From: a virus
Reading direction: 5' to 3' (one strand)
Virus record (IMG/VR): IMGVR_UViG_3300003323_001359
Location: 13,890-77,889 of that record
DNA length: 64,000 bases
Shown here: positions 47,570-55,502 of the stretch, piece by piece
Layout of the letters: the number at the start of each line of letters is the position of its first letter
How positions within the stretch are numbered: position 1 is the stretch's first letter
Notes under the pieces: model-generated
Told to the model about the DNA's origin: nothing
What the model saw: the letters and a program-made list of their open reading frames with translations, nothing else
The model's database searches: none
Program-made: the position numbers and the translations under genes

Positions 47570-48074
47570 CGAGTCCCTCGCTCACGAGCTGGCGCAGCAT
47601 CGCCTGGGGCAGCAGCCCGTCGCGGAGAAGGTGCGCGAGAAGGTGAGCCGCGGCCGCGTTCGCGTCCCGTCGGCCGGGTGCGTGCCAGCCCAGCTTCCGG
47701 AGCTTGTCCCCGTCCTGACCGAGGTTCCGGGCCGAGCTGGGCATGGGCTTGAGCGTGCGGCACCCGGCGTACCGGGTGACCCACTCAAGGAAGCCGATCA
47801 CGCGGAGGGCGCTGCCGTCGTGCTTGACGCGGCTGCCGGTGATGAGGTACTGCTCCCAGCCGATCTCGAGCCGTGGTGCGTGCGCCATCAGCGAGCGGTA
47901 GATCTGGCTCTCGACGTGGTAGGCGTCGTCCTGACCGCTGACGAACGTGCCGTCGCCGGTCCAGACCGCCCAGCCGGTGGACTCACCGGGGTCGACCCAC
48001 ACGATGACGTGGTCGGCGCTCCCGGCGTCGATGAGACGGTAGAGCACGTCGTGGTTCAGGCTGGCACGGGCCAT
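47562..48074 (-). CDS. RuvC-like Holliday junction resolvase
   Basis: VDPGESTGWA, WE, DANAAAAH. Confidence 0.7.
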   Translation of the reverse strand: MARASLNHDVLYRLIDAGSADHVIVWVDPGESTGWAVWTGDGTFVSGQDDAYHVESQIYRSLMAHAPRLEIGWEQYLITGSRVKHDGSALRVIGFLEWVTRYAGCRTLKPMPSSARNLGQDGDKLRKLGWHAPGRRDANAAAAHLLAHLLRDGLLPQAMLRQLVSEGLGG

Positions 48075-48104
48075 GGCTTCCTCCTTCCGTTCATTCCTGA
48101 GGTG

Positions 48105-48133
48105 AACCTATCAGGTGGCCGATCATTTGTAAA
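48105..48133 (-). promoter_or_regulatory. promoter TTTACA-N17-TAGGTT
   Basis: Repeated motif. Confidence 0.75.
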
Positions 48134-48138
48134 CCGGT

Positions 48139-50016
48139 TTACGTCTTCTTCCACCGCTCGGTGAGGATCGCGGCGTCGCACGTGAGCGGCACCGCGTAGG
48201 TGTCGCGGTCGGTCATGAGCTCGATGATCTGATGCTTGGCGTCCTCCGCGTCGCTGAGGTCCACCTCGAAGATGATCTCGTCGTGCACCGGGAGCAGCAT
48301 CGCGTCGTCGAAGCCGCCGTTGGAGCAGGCGACGATGGAGCGCTTCAGGGCGTCCGCGGCCTCCGCCTGCAGGCGGTAGTTGAGGAGCGCGAAGTCGCGG
48401 CCGCTGTCGGCGGGCAGGTAGCGGCCCATGCTGGTCCACGTGGCCGGCTTGCCGTTGGCGCGCTTCTCCGCGGCGGCCTCCCGGTAGATGGCCTTGGCCA
48501 TGGTCTCGAGGCCGGGGAACCGCTCGTTGAACGCGTCGTGGATGGGCTTGACCTGCTCGATGGGAAGGCCGATGGAGCGGGCCATGGTGGTGACGCTGGC
48601 CCCATAGAGCTTGGCGTAGGACATGGTCTTCACGGCCTGCCGACGGGGGTCCTTCTTGTCGACGTTCTCTCGGAAGAGCTCGCTGGCGATGGCTGAGTAG
48701 AAGTCGCGGCCGCCTGGGGTGTCGGCCTCCGCGAACGCGTCGATCAGGCCCTGGTCGGCGCTGACCGCGGCCGCGAGGCGCATCTCGATCTGGCTGAAGT
48801 CGCACGTGATGAACGCGCGGCCGGGGCGGGGGATGAACGAGCCGCGGACGATCTTGTCGTCGCGGTGCAGGGTCTGCAGGGCGGGCTCGGTGACGGACAT
48901 GCGGCCGGTTCGCGCCTGCATCGTGTTGATCTGTGGGTGAACGACGTCGTTGGCGTCGCACAGCTCGAGGAACTTTTCGAGGTAGCTGCCGATGACCTTC
49001 TCGGCGTGGCGGGCCTCGATGACGGTCTTGGCGAGCTGCCTGGCTCCCTCGGGGACGCCGTCGTAGGCGACGATCGCCTCGAGGGTCTCCTTGTCGAGCT
49101 TGGGCTGGCCGCTGGGCGTGGTCTTGGTGATGGTGAGGCCGACCTGAGCGAAGCCGGCGGCGAGCTGCTTGGCGGACAGGAGGCTCGAGATGCCGAAGCT
49201 GTCCTTGAGCCAGGCGCGGGTCTCGCCGGTGTACCTCTTTAGCCTGGTGATCGCGTCGTTGACGTAGTCGCGGTCGATCATGATGCCGCGGTGGGACATC
49301 TCGCCGCAGATCCGGGAGGTGGCGAGCTCGAGCTCGTAGATCGGTTGGGACCGCTCGGGAACGGGGTAGGTGCGCTCGAACAGGTGGGCGGTCAGGACGG
49401 GGTCGAGCGCGCCGTAGGCCCAGTACGGTGGGAAGCTGTAGGGCACGGTGGCCCAGGTCCAGCCGTTCTGCTTCATGCCGTCGTGCAGGAGCCGCTCGCC
49501 GGCGGTGGCGAGCTTGTCGATGAGCCTCGCGGACGCGGGCTTGAGGCCCTTCGGCAGGGTGGGGTCGCGGATCGCGAGCAGGGTCATCGTGTCGTGGCCG
49601 TTGGCCCACGGGATGTCGATCTCGCCGCGGTGCTTGAGGAAGCCGTAGTCGAACTTGCGGTGGTGCGCGACGGTGGGTTCCTCGTAGCGGTTCAGCTTCT
49701 CGCGGGCGAGGCCGCCCCAGAGCGGCCAGGGGATCGCCCACCCCGTGCCGGTGTCACCGACCTGGATGAGCCGTAGGTCGTCGGTGTGGTGGCTGAGGCC
49801 GCTGGTCTCGGTGTCGAACGCGAGGATGGGCCGGCGCTCACCGAGCCAGCGGGAGAACTCGAGCGCGTCATCCAGGGTCTCCACGAGCTTGAGCTGCACG
49901 TGGTCGAGGGGGCTGCCGCCGGTTCGCGCGGGCGATCGCTCGGGAACCGCTACCGCGGTCTCGGTGGCGGCCGCGGGAACGATCGCCGGTGGCTCGTAGA
50001 CCTCAAGCTCGGTCAC
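48139..50016 (-). CDS. polA: DNA polymerase, family A, with 3'-5' exonuclease
   Basis: FDTETSG, TGRMS, DFSQIEMR, KTMSYAKLYG, VHDEI. Confidence 0.95.
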   Translation of the reverse strand: MTELEVYEPPAIVPAAATETAVAVPERSPARTGGSPLDHVQLKLVETLDDALEFSRWLGERRPILAFDTETSGLSHHTDDLRLIQVGDTGTGWAIPWPLWGGLAREKLNRYEEPTVAHHRKFDYGFLKHRGEIDIPWANGHDTMTLLAIRDPTLPKGLKPASARLIDKLATAGERLLHDGMKQNGWTWATVPYSFPPYWAYGALDPVLTAHLFERTYPVPERSQPIYELELATSRICGEMSHRGIMIDRDYVNDAITRLKRYTGETRAWLKDSFGISSLLSAKQLAAGFAQVGLTITKTTPSGQPKLDKETLEAIVAYDGVPEGARQLAKTVIEARHAEKVIGSYLEKFLELCDANDVVHPQINTMQARTGRMSVTEPALQTLHRDDKIVRGSFIPRPGRAFITCDFSQIEMRLAAAVSADQGLIDAFAEADTPGGRDFYSAIASELFRENVDKKDPRRQAVKTMSYAKLYGASVTTMARSIGLPIEQVKPIHDAFNERFPGLETMAKAIYREAAAEKRANGKPATWTSMGRYLPADSGRDFALLNYRLQAEAADALKRSIVACSNGGFDDAMLLPVHDEIIFEVDLSDAEDAKHQIIELMTDRDTYAVPLTCDAAILTERWKKT

Positions 50017-50507
50017 AGCTCCTCCACGTGCTTGGCTCGCGTGACCGTGAGGCCACAGGTTCGTAGGTACGTCTCAACCGTTGTCGGGTCGCGGTGAGCG
50101 TCGTTGGGTCCCACGACGTGGACGACGCGCGTGATCCCGGAGTTGGCGATGAGCTTGGCGCAGCCGCGGCAGCACGCGCTGGAGACGTAGATGGTGCCGC
50201 CGCGGATGTCGGTGAAGTCAGCGCGCAGCAGCGCGTTGGCCTCGGCGTGCACGGTGGCGCACGCGTCGTAGGACGCTGTGACGTCGCCGCGTGAGCGGGG
50301 GCACCACGCGATGCACGTGCCGGTGAGGCGCTGCCCCCGCGGCGGTCCGTTGTACGAGATGGCGGCGACCCGGTTGTCGCCGGTGACGATGACGGCACCC
50401 ACCTGGGCACGGTCGCAGCGGCTGCGGTACGCGATGATCTGCGCGACCGCGAGCCAGGTGGCGTCCCAGCTGGGACGGTCGTCACTCGGTGGCGCTGGGG
50501 TCGTCAC
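50013..50507 (-). CDS. dCMP deaminase
   Basis: RPSWD, QVGAVIV, HAEANA, CRGCAK. Confidence 0.9.
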   Translation of the reverse strand: MTTPAPPSDDRPSWDATWLAVAQIIAYRSRCDRAQVGAVIVTGDNRVAAISYNGPPRGQRLTGTCIAWCPRSRGDVTASYDACATVHAEANALLRADFTDIRGGTIYVSSACCRGCAKLIANSGITRVVHVVGPNDAHRDPTTVETYLRTCGLTVTRAKHVEEL

Positions 50508-50766
50508 TCTCGTCCTCGAACGTGTTGCCGTACACGTAGTCGTGGTCGGGCCAGCTGACGCGCACGGTCGCCTTCGCAATCAGGTTATCGACGAGCTTGG
50601 CGTCCTCATCACTGATCACTCCATTGGGAAAACCGTTCGCCGGGTCCTCCGCCATCTCGTGGATGGTGAGGTACTCGACGTCGGTAGCGTGATCGAGGAT
50701 GAGGTCGGCGGCGTAGCGGTGCAGCTTCTCGTCGTTGGTCTCATTGAGCTGGTTGTTGTGTGTCAT
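50482..50766 (-). CDS. acidic hypothetical protein
   Basis: 94 aa; GGAGG RBS. Confidence 0.6.
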   Translation of the reverse strand: MTHNNQLNETNDEKLHRYAADLILDHATDVEYLTIHEMAEDPANGFPNGVISDEDAKLVDNLIAKATVRVSWPDHDYVYGNTFEDESDDPSATE

Positions 50767-52019
50767 TCAGTAGGTTCCTCCGGTCGATTCTTCTTGAGGT
50801 ACTCAATCATGTTCTCGAGAACACCGACATCATCACGAACCATACCGAGCGCGTGGTTGCACTGCTCGCACAGCAGACCGCGGAACGTTTCCGTCATGTG
50901 GTTGTGGTCCATGACGAGCCAGCGCTTGGGCTCGTGGTTACAGATCTCACAGCGACCGCCGTTGCGCTTGAGGATGTCCTCATAGCGGTGCTTGCTCTGC
51001 CAGCGTGCGAGCGCGTGGTTCTTCTGCCTGAGCTTCCAGGTCTCGTAGTTCTGCGCGTGGCAGGTTGGACAGATGCGTCGCGAGCGAGACGGCTCGGTGA
51101 ACTCGTATCGACAGCCGAGCTCACAGAGCTTGACGCTCTCGTCGAGGGCCGGCACGAGGTCACGGTAGGTGTTGAACGTGTCCTCGAACCCTGCCCCGCG
51201 TTGGGTCATGAAGCTTCGCGGGTAGAGGTGAGGGAATGACACGGCACGCGCAGCGCGACTCGCGTGATTGAATCGTCCCACGAACAGGGACGCTCGATCA
51301 TCCTTGCGTCGTCGTGAGTTCTCAGTTATGAGAGCTGGCGGCGCGTCTCGTAGCTTATCGCGAAGAACGAGACCTCGACCGAGCTCAACGTGCTGCTCAT
51401 AGATGTGGAACGAGCCAACGTGGTGGTGGTAGCTGCCGACGTCGACCTTGAGAGCCCACGCGAGCGTCAACTGTAACCTGGTGAAAGAATAGAGATCGTA
51501 GGGCGTGCCGAGCCAAACATCGTTGCTCCGCATCTCCGTGATCATGTGAAGCTTGTTGTCGCGGATCAGGAACTGAAACAGGAGGGTGCAGGGAACGTCA
51601 CGCTTGCTCGCCGTGAGTTCGTCATGTCGCCAGATGAGGACGACGGCCTGGCGGCTGTCACCATCCTGACTGAGACGCTCGATGGCTCGCTGGAACTGAC
51701 CGTAAGTGCGAGGACCGTAGGCCCCGAGAAGGTGATCATCGTCAGCATAGCTCGAGAACCGCTGCCCGCTGACCGCGTTGAGCTGGCGAAGGCTGCTGAA
51801 GCCGCCGAGCAGCTGCACGTATTCCACGGCACCGATCTTGAGGTTCATCCGACGGCCAACGTTGACTGGCACACCACGCGTAGGGTCATCGATGACGAGT
51901 GTGACGTCGGTGAGCTCACGGGTCAGCTGACCACGCGGTGATACAACGTTGCCGTAATCGGTGACGGCCCGAACCGCCTCAAGATAGACCTCATCAGCAG
52001 TTCGACCCCTAATCTCCAC
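50763..52019 (-). CDS. thymidylate-synthase-family enzyme (Asp-type, dCMP-modifying candidate) fused to an endonuclease VII domain
   Basis: AYGPR, SRQA, DVPCT, MRSND, PYD, GSFHIY; C-terminal CEIC...DHNH...RGLLCEQCNHALG. Confidence 0.85.
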   Translation of the reverse strand: MEIRGRTADEVYLEAVRAVTDYGNVVSPRGQLTRELTDVTLVIDDPTRGVPVNVGRRMNLKIGAVEYVQLLGGFSSLRQLNAVSGQRFSSYADDDHLLGAYGPRTYGQFQRAIERLSQDGDSRQAVVLIWRHDELTASKRDVPCTLLFQFLIRDNKLHMITEMRSNDVWLGTPYDLYSFTRLQLTLAWALKVDVGSYHHHVGSFHIYEQHVELGRGLVLRDKLRDAPPALITENSRRRKDDRASLFVGRFNHASRAARAVSFPHLYPRSFMTQRGAGFEDTFNTYRDLVPALDESVKLCELGCRYEFTEPSRSRRICPTCHAQNYETWKLRQKNHALARWQSKHRYEDILKRNGGRCEICNHEPKRWLVMDHNHMTETFRGLLCEQCNHALGMVRDDVGVLENMIEYLKKNRPEEPTE

Positions 52020-52959
52020 GCATGGCCTCCCTCAGTGACTCGACGTAGCCGTCGAAGTTCTTGTGCTGAAACCGCTTCGCATACTGCGGGTGCCTCACCA
52101 TGGTGTGGGTGACGCCAGCCAGGTCGAGCTGACGGCAGGCGCGGTTGCCGAGCGCGACGACCCGTGGCTGGTCGAGCTCCTCCCACAGCTTGCGCAGGTC
52201 GACACCGGGCTCGTGCGCGTTGACGATCCCAACCTCGGCGTGCAGCTTAGCCTCGATGACGGCGTCCCACAGCCACTTGCTGCAGCCGGCCGCGGTGGCC
52301 GGCGTGAACGGTCGGGTGAGGTCTGGCCGGGGTCGGGCGTTGCGCTCGTCACCGACGAGCAGCGCGGTGGGCCAGAGCTGACCGACGTAGGTTCGCTGGC
52401 TGGGCACGGTGACGCGTTGGGCGCGCGCGTGACGGTTCCACGCGAGGTCGAGCAGGCCGCGGAGCGCGATCTGCCGGTCCTCGCTGCCGGTGATGACGAC
52501 GTAGTCGAGGTGGTCGGCGAGCCGCTGGTACGCGCCGTGGATGTACGGCAGCTCCTCGAGCTTGGTGAGGTCGTCGCCGCGGGTGAGGAACCGGGTTTGC
52601 AGCTCGGGATAGGTCGGCAGGCACATGACGCGAACCGCGCCGAGCGCGTCGAGCGCGGCCTCCACGTGCGAGAGACCGGCGGGTGAGAGCCGGCTGACGC
52701 CGCGCCACAGCGGGCCGTAGACGGCCTCGCCGAGGTGCCAGCGGTCCATCACCACGAGGTGGTGGTCGGCGTCGATGAGGTTCCTGAGAGGCTCGACGTC
52801 GAGGGCGCTCTCGTACTCCACGAACGGGTCGGTGTCGGGGTCGGGTGGTCCCTTGTGGATGCGGTGGCCGTGCCAGCCGCGTCTCGTCGCGGCGTCGATC
52901 AGCTGACGGGTGAGGGTCGACTTGCCACCGCAGTCGGGACCCTCGATGGTGATCAGCAC
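52009..52959 (-). CDS. dNMP (thymidylate-like) kinase fused to a UDG-like domain
   Basis: IEGPDCGGKST, DRWHLGEAVYG; C-terminal LLVGD..N, VALGNRA, HPQY. Confidence 0.72.
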   Translation of the reverse strand: MLITIEGPDCGGKSTLTRQLIDAATRRGWHGHRIHKGPPDPDTDPFVEYESALDVEPLRNLIDADHHLVVMDRWHLGEAVYGPLWRGVSRLSPAGLSHVEAALDALGAVRVMCLPTYPELQTRFLTRGDDLTKLEELPYIHGAYQRLADHLDYVVITGSEDRQIALRGLLDLAWNRHARAQRVTVPSQRTYVGQLWPTALLVGDERNARPRPDLTRPFTPATAAGCSKWLWDAVIEAKLHAEVGIVNAHEPGVDLRKLWEELDQPRVVALGNRACRQLDLAGVTHTMVRHPQYAKRFQHKNFDGYVESLREAMRGD

Positions 52960-52965
52960 GGGTGC

Positions 52966-53175
52966 CTACCTCTTCTGGGCGCTGTGGAGGTCGAGCACGA
53001 GCTCCATGAACGCTCGGTTGCGCTCGAGGTCGGCTCGGGTGTGGTCGCCGCGGAGGTAGCTCTTGACGGCCTGGTCGAGGAACCCGAAGCAGAAGGCCAT
53101 GACCTCGGCTCGGTTCCCGGAAATCCTGGTCAGAAGCTCTCTCGCGGCAGGCTCAAGGTCGGCGGCGTCGGTCAC
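52966..53175 (-). CDS. hypothetical protein
   Basis: GTG after an AGGAAC leader. Confidence 0.55.
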   Translation of the reverse strand: MTDAADLEPAARELLTRISGNRAEVMAFCFGFLDQAVKSYLRGDHTRADLERNRAFMELVLDLHSAQKR

Positions 53176-53216
53176 GTTCCGTCCTCTCGTTCCTGGTTCG
53201 ATCGTACCGCTAGATG

Positions 53217-53251
53217 GGTCGGCTCGGCACCCTTGAGGCACCGAGCCGACC
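53217..53251 (-). terminator. stem-loop terminator
   Basis: ggtcggctcgg...ccgagccgacc. Confidence 0.6.
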
Positions 53252-53259
53252 ACGGTTGA

Positions 53260-53682
53260 TCAGAGCTGGTTCAGCAGGTAGAGCTTGCCGTTGCCGTCGC
53301 GAACGATCGGCGTGGTGTCCTGCGAGAACCCGATGACCTCGACGAGGTCGCCGGTGTTGAGCGGCGAGCTGGAGATCTTCGCCGCCGCGGCCCTCGCCGG
53401 CCTCGGGCTGCCGGCCGGCTGAGCGTCGCCGGCGGGCTCGCTCGCCTGGTCCGAGACGCCGTCCAGGCTCCGGATGCCGCGGTACAGGAAGGCTCCCGCG
53501 ACCGGGATCTCGATGATGAGGTTGGGACGGTTCTTGCGAAGCTGGCTGATGAGCGTGCTCAGGTTGCTCTTGTCGTAGTTGATGATCTCCGAGAGCTGGT
53601 CGATCGTGACGATCCTGTCACGGTTCTTCTCGAGAACCTCGAGAATCTGACGGGTGACACCGACGCGTCGTTCCGCTGCCAT
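53260..53682 (-). CDS. winged-HTH protein
   Basis: QILEVLEKN...TIDQLSEII..DKSNLSTLISQLRK; has its own promoter. Confidence 0.7.
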   Translation of the reverse strand: MAAERRVGVTRQILEVLEKNRDRIVTIDQLSEIINYDKSNLSTLISQLRKNRPNLIIEIPVAGAFLYRGIRSLDGVSDQASEPAGDAQPAGSPRPARAAAAKISSSPLNTGDLVEVIGFSQDTTPIVRDGNGKLYLLNQL

Positions 53683-53713
53683 CTGGTTCCTCCGTTCCTG
53701 AAGTGCTGTGAAG

Positions 53714-53743
53714 AACGTATCACGTGAACGCTCACTTGTAAAC
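53714..53743 (-). promoter_or_regulatory. promoter TTTACA-N17-TACGTT
   Basis: Shares GTTTACAAGTGAGCG with the copies at 54379 and 59417. Confidence 0.8.
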
Positions 53744-53745
53744 AG

Positions 53746-54303
53746 TCAGAGACGACGAACCTGGCTGAGAGCCTCAGCGATACCCTCGTCGAGAACCTTG
53801 GCGCGGTCGAGCAGCAGCAGGGCCGGCATGCTGAACTGGCCCGGCGACTTGCTGCGGGTGAGGCGGAGGCGCTGCAGGAGGTCGCCGACGTCGCGGCACA
53901 CGTGGGCCGCGTACCGGTCGATCTCCATCTTGACGATGGTGTCCCCGAGGTCGTCGGCCTCGATGTCGAGCGGCTGGCACACGGGGCACGGCTCGGGAAC
54001 GGGATCCTCGCACTCGTCGTCGAGGTAGCGATCGGCGAGGTCGGCGAGCTTGGTGTGGACGCCGCGCTCGCAGCCGTCGACCGCGTGGTAGATGATGGAC
54101 CGACCGATGGTCTGCAGCACGTAGCGACCGGAGCCGTCGGTGAGACGGTACAGCACGAGATCCGTCCAGCGGTGGTGATCGTTGTTCTCGTCGCTCGTGG
54201 AGTCGGTCACGCGCTCACCGGTGAACTCGAGGACGCCGTCGATGTCACGGACGCGGACGGTTCCGGGGTCGAGCGGCTCGGTGGTTTCGTTGATCTTCTT
54301 CAT
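53746..54303 (-). CDS. hypothetical protein
   Basis: 'LEFTGE...RWTDLVLYR...GRYV', H..C and CxxC. Confidence 0.7.
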   Translation of the reverse strand: MKKINETTEPLDPGTVRVRDIDGVLEFTGERVTDSTSDENNDHHRWTDLVLYRLTDGSGRYVLQTIGRSIIYHAVDGCERGVHTKLADLADRYLDDECEDPVPEPCPVCQPLDIEADDLGDTIVKMEIDRYAAHVCRDVGDLLQRLRLTRSKSPGQFSMPALLLLDRAKVLDEGIAEALSQVRRL

Positions 54304-54378
54304 CGGTTCCTGCTCCTTCCTAGCTTCCTGGCTAAATCTTACCACGTGCCGCTGGATCAGCCACGGTTTCAGATCAAT

Positions 54379-54408
54379 GTTTACAAGTGAGCGTGACGGT
54401 GGTACGGT
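54379..54408 (+). promoter_or_regulatory. promoter TTTACA-N17-TACGGT at the divergence point of the two arms
   Basis: Repeated motif. Confidence 0.8.
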
Positions 54409-54451
54409 AAGCCGCAACGGTTGACCGACCAACCACAGGAATCGAGGAACC

Positions 54452-54787
54452 ATGAGCGACGACATCCGCGTGGCCGACACGGCCACCCTGCTCAGCATCA
54501 TCGAGCACGGCCGGGAGGCCGGCCTGCGGGAGCTGCTGACCTACGGGACCCGACAGATCCTGGACATCAACGGCTACCACGTGCTGAGCCTCGCGCGGGC
54601 CTGGCACCGCTACGACCCGAGCACCGCGCGGCCGCTGCACCACCGGTTGACCGCCGTGATCAAGGTTCGTCGCGATGGCACGCCCGTCGTGCAGAACCTG
54701 GACATCACGCCGAGTGACTGGAGCAAGCTGCCGACCGCGGAGCAGGTTCAGCGCTCTCACCAGGTCTTTCAGGAGCTGAACCGATGA
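54452..54787 (+). CDS. hypothetical protein
   Basis: ATG after an AGGAAC leader. Confidence 0.65.
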   Translation: MSDDIRVADTATLLSIIEHGREAGLRELLTYGTRQILDINGYHVLSLARAWHRYDPSTARPLHHRLTAVIKVRRDGTPVVQNLDITPSDWSKLPTAEQVQRSHQVFQELNR

Positions 54788-55029
54788 GACGCACCGCGGA
54801 CCAGGTCACCCGCGAGATCACGCGGATCATGAACCACGTGGGCATCAACCCCGACGAGACGCTCGAGGTGAGGACCGACCACTACGGCTACCGGTTCACG
54901 TCGCGGATCCGCGGCGTCGACCTGGGGCTGGCGATGGCGGCCCTCACGACCTACCTGGTGGAGCGTCCCCTGGTGGACGTGAGGCGGGTCGGTGACTCGA
55001 TCGTGCTCACCCAGTGGGACCGATGGTAG
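54784..55029 (+). CDS. hypothetical protein
   Basis: AGGAG RBS; overlapping start. Confidence 0.6.
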   Translation: MRRTADQVTREITRIMNHVGINPDETLEVRTDHYGYRFTSRIRGVDLGLAMAALTTYLVERPLVDVRRVGDSIVLTQWDRW

Positions 55030-55036
55030 GAGCGAG

Positions 55037-55282
55037 ATGACGACCACGAGCACGGTTGACCTGCTGATCAGGAACGCGCTTCACCACGCGGGCCTCGCGA
55101 TCGCGTTCATGAGCACGCGGCTGGTTGAGGACGACGCCGTCTTCGAGACGACGATCACGCCGGCGCTCGGCCGGGACGTCGAGCTGGTCGCGATGGTGCT
55201 CCGTGGCTACCACGGCGGCACGTACGGCACGAGCGTCGCGGTCAGGGGACGCACCGTGATCAGTCGGCAGCTGAACAAGTGA
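55037..55282 (+). CDS. hypothetical protein
   Basis: AGGAG RBS. Confidence 0.6.
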   Translation: MTTTSTVDLLIRNALHHAGLAIAFMSTRLVEDDAVFETTITPALGRDVELVAMVLRGYHGGTYGTSVAVRGRTVISRQLNK

Positions 55283-55304
55283 GCGGGTGGAGAGGAGGTC
55301 CCAG

Positions 55305-55502
55305 GTGAGCGACGAGAGCGACTTTCAGGTCGACACGAGCAACGACGGCTCGATCGGCCTCAACCCGGACGGCGAGCTGTGGTTCAACGCGTGCTGCGAC
55401 ACCGGGAACGGGTACCTGACCGAGGACGAGGCGCTCAAGCTTCGGACGACGATCGACGCGTTTCTGACCGGTAAGGAGCGGCTCAAGCGTGGAGCTCAGT
55501 GA
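55305..55502 (+). CDS. hypothetical protein
   Basis: GAGGAGG RBS. Confidence 0.55.
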   Translation: MSDESDFQVDTSNDGSIGLNPDGELWFNACCDTGNGYLTEDEALKLRTTIDAFLTGKERLKRGAQ

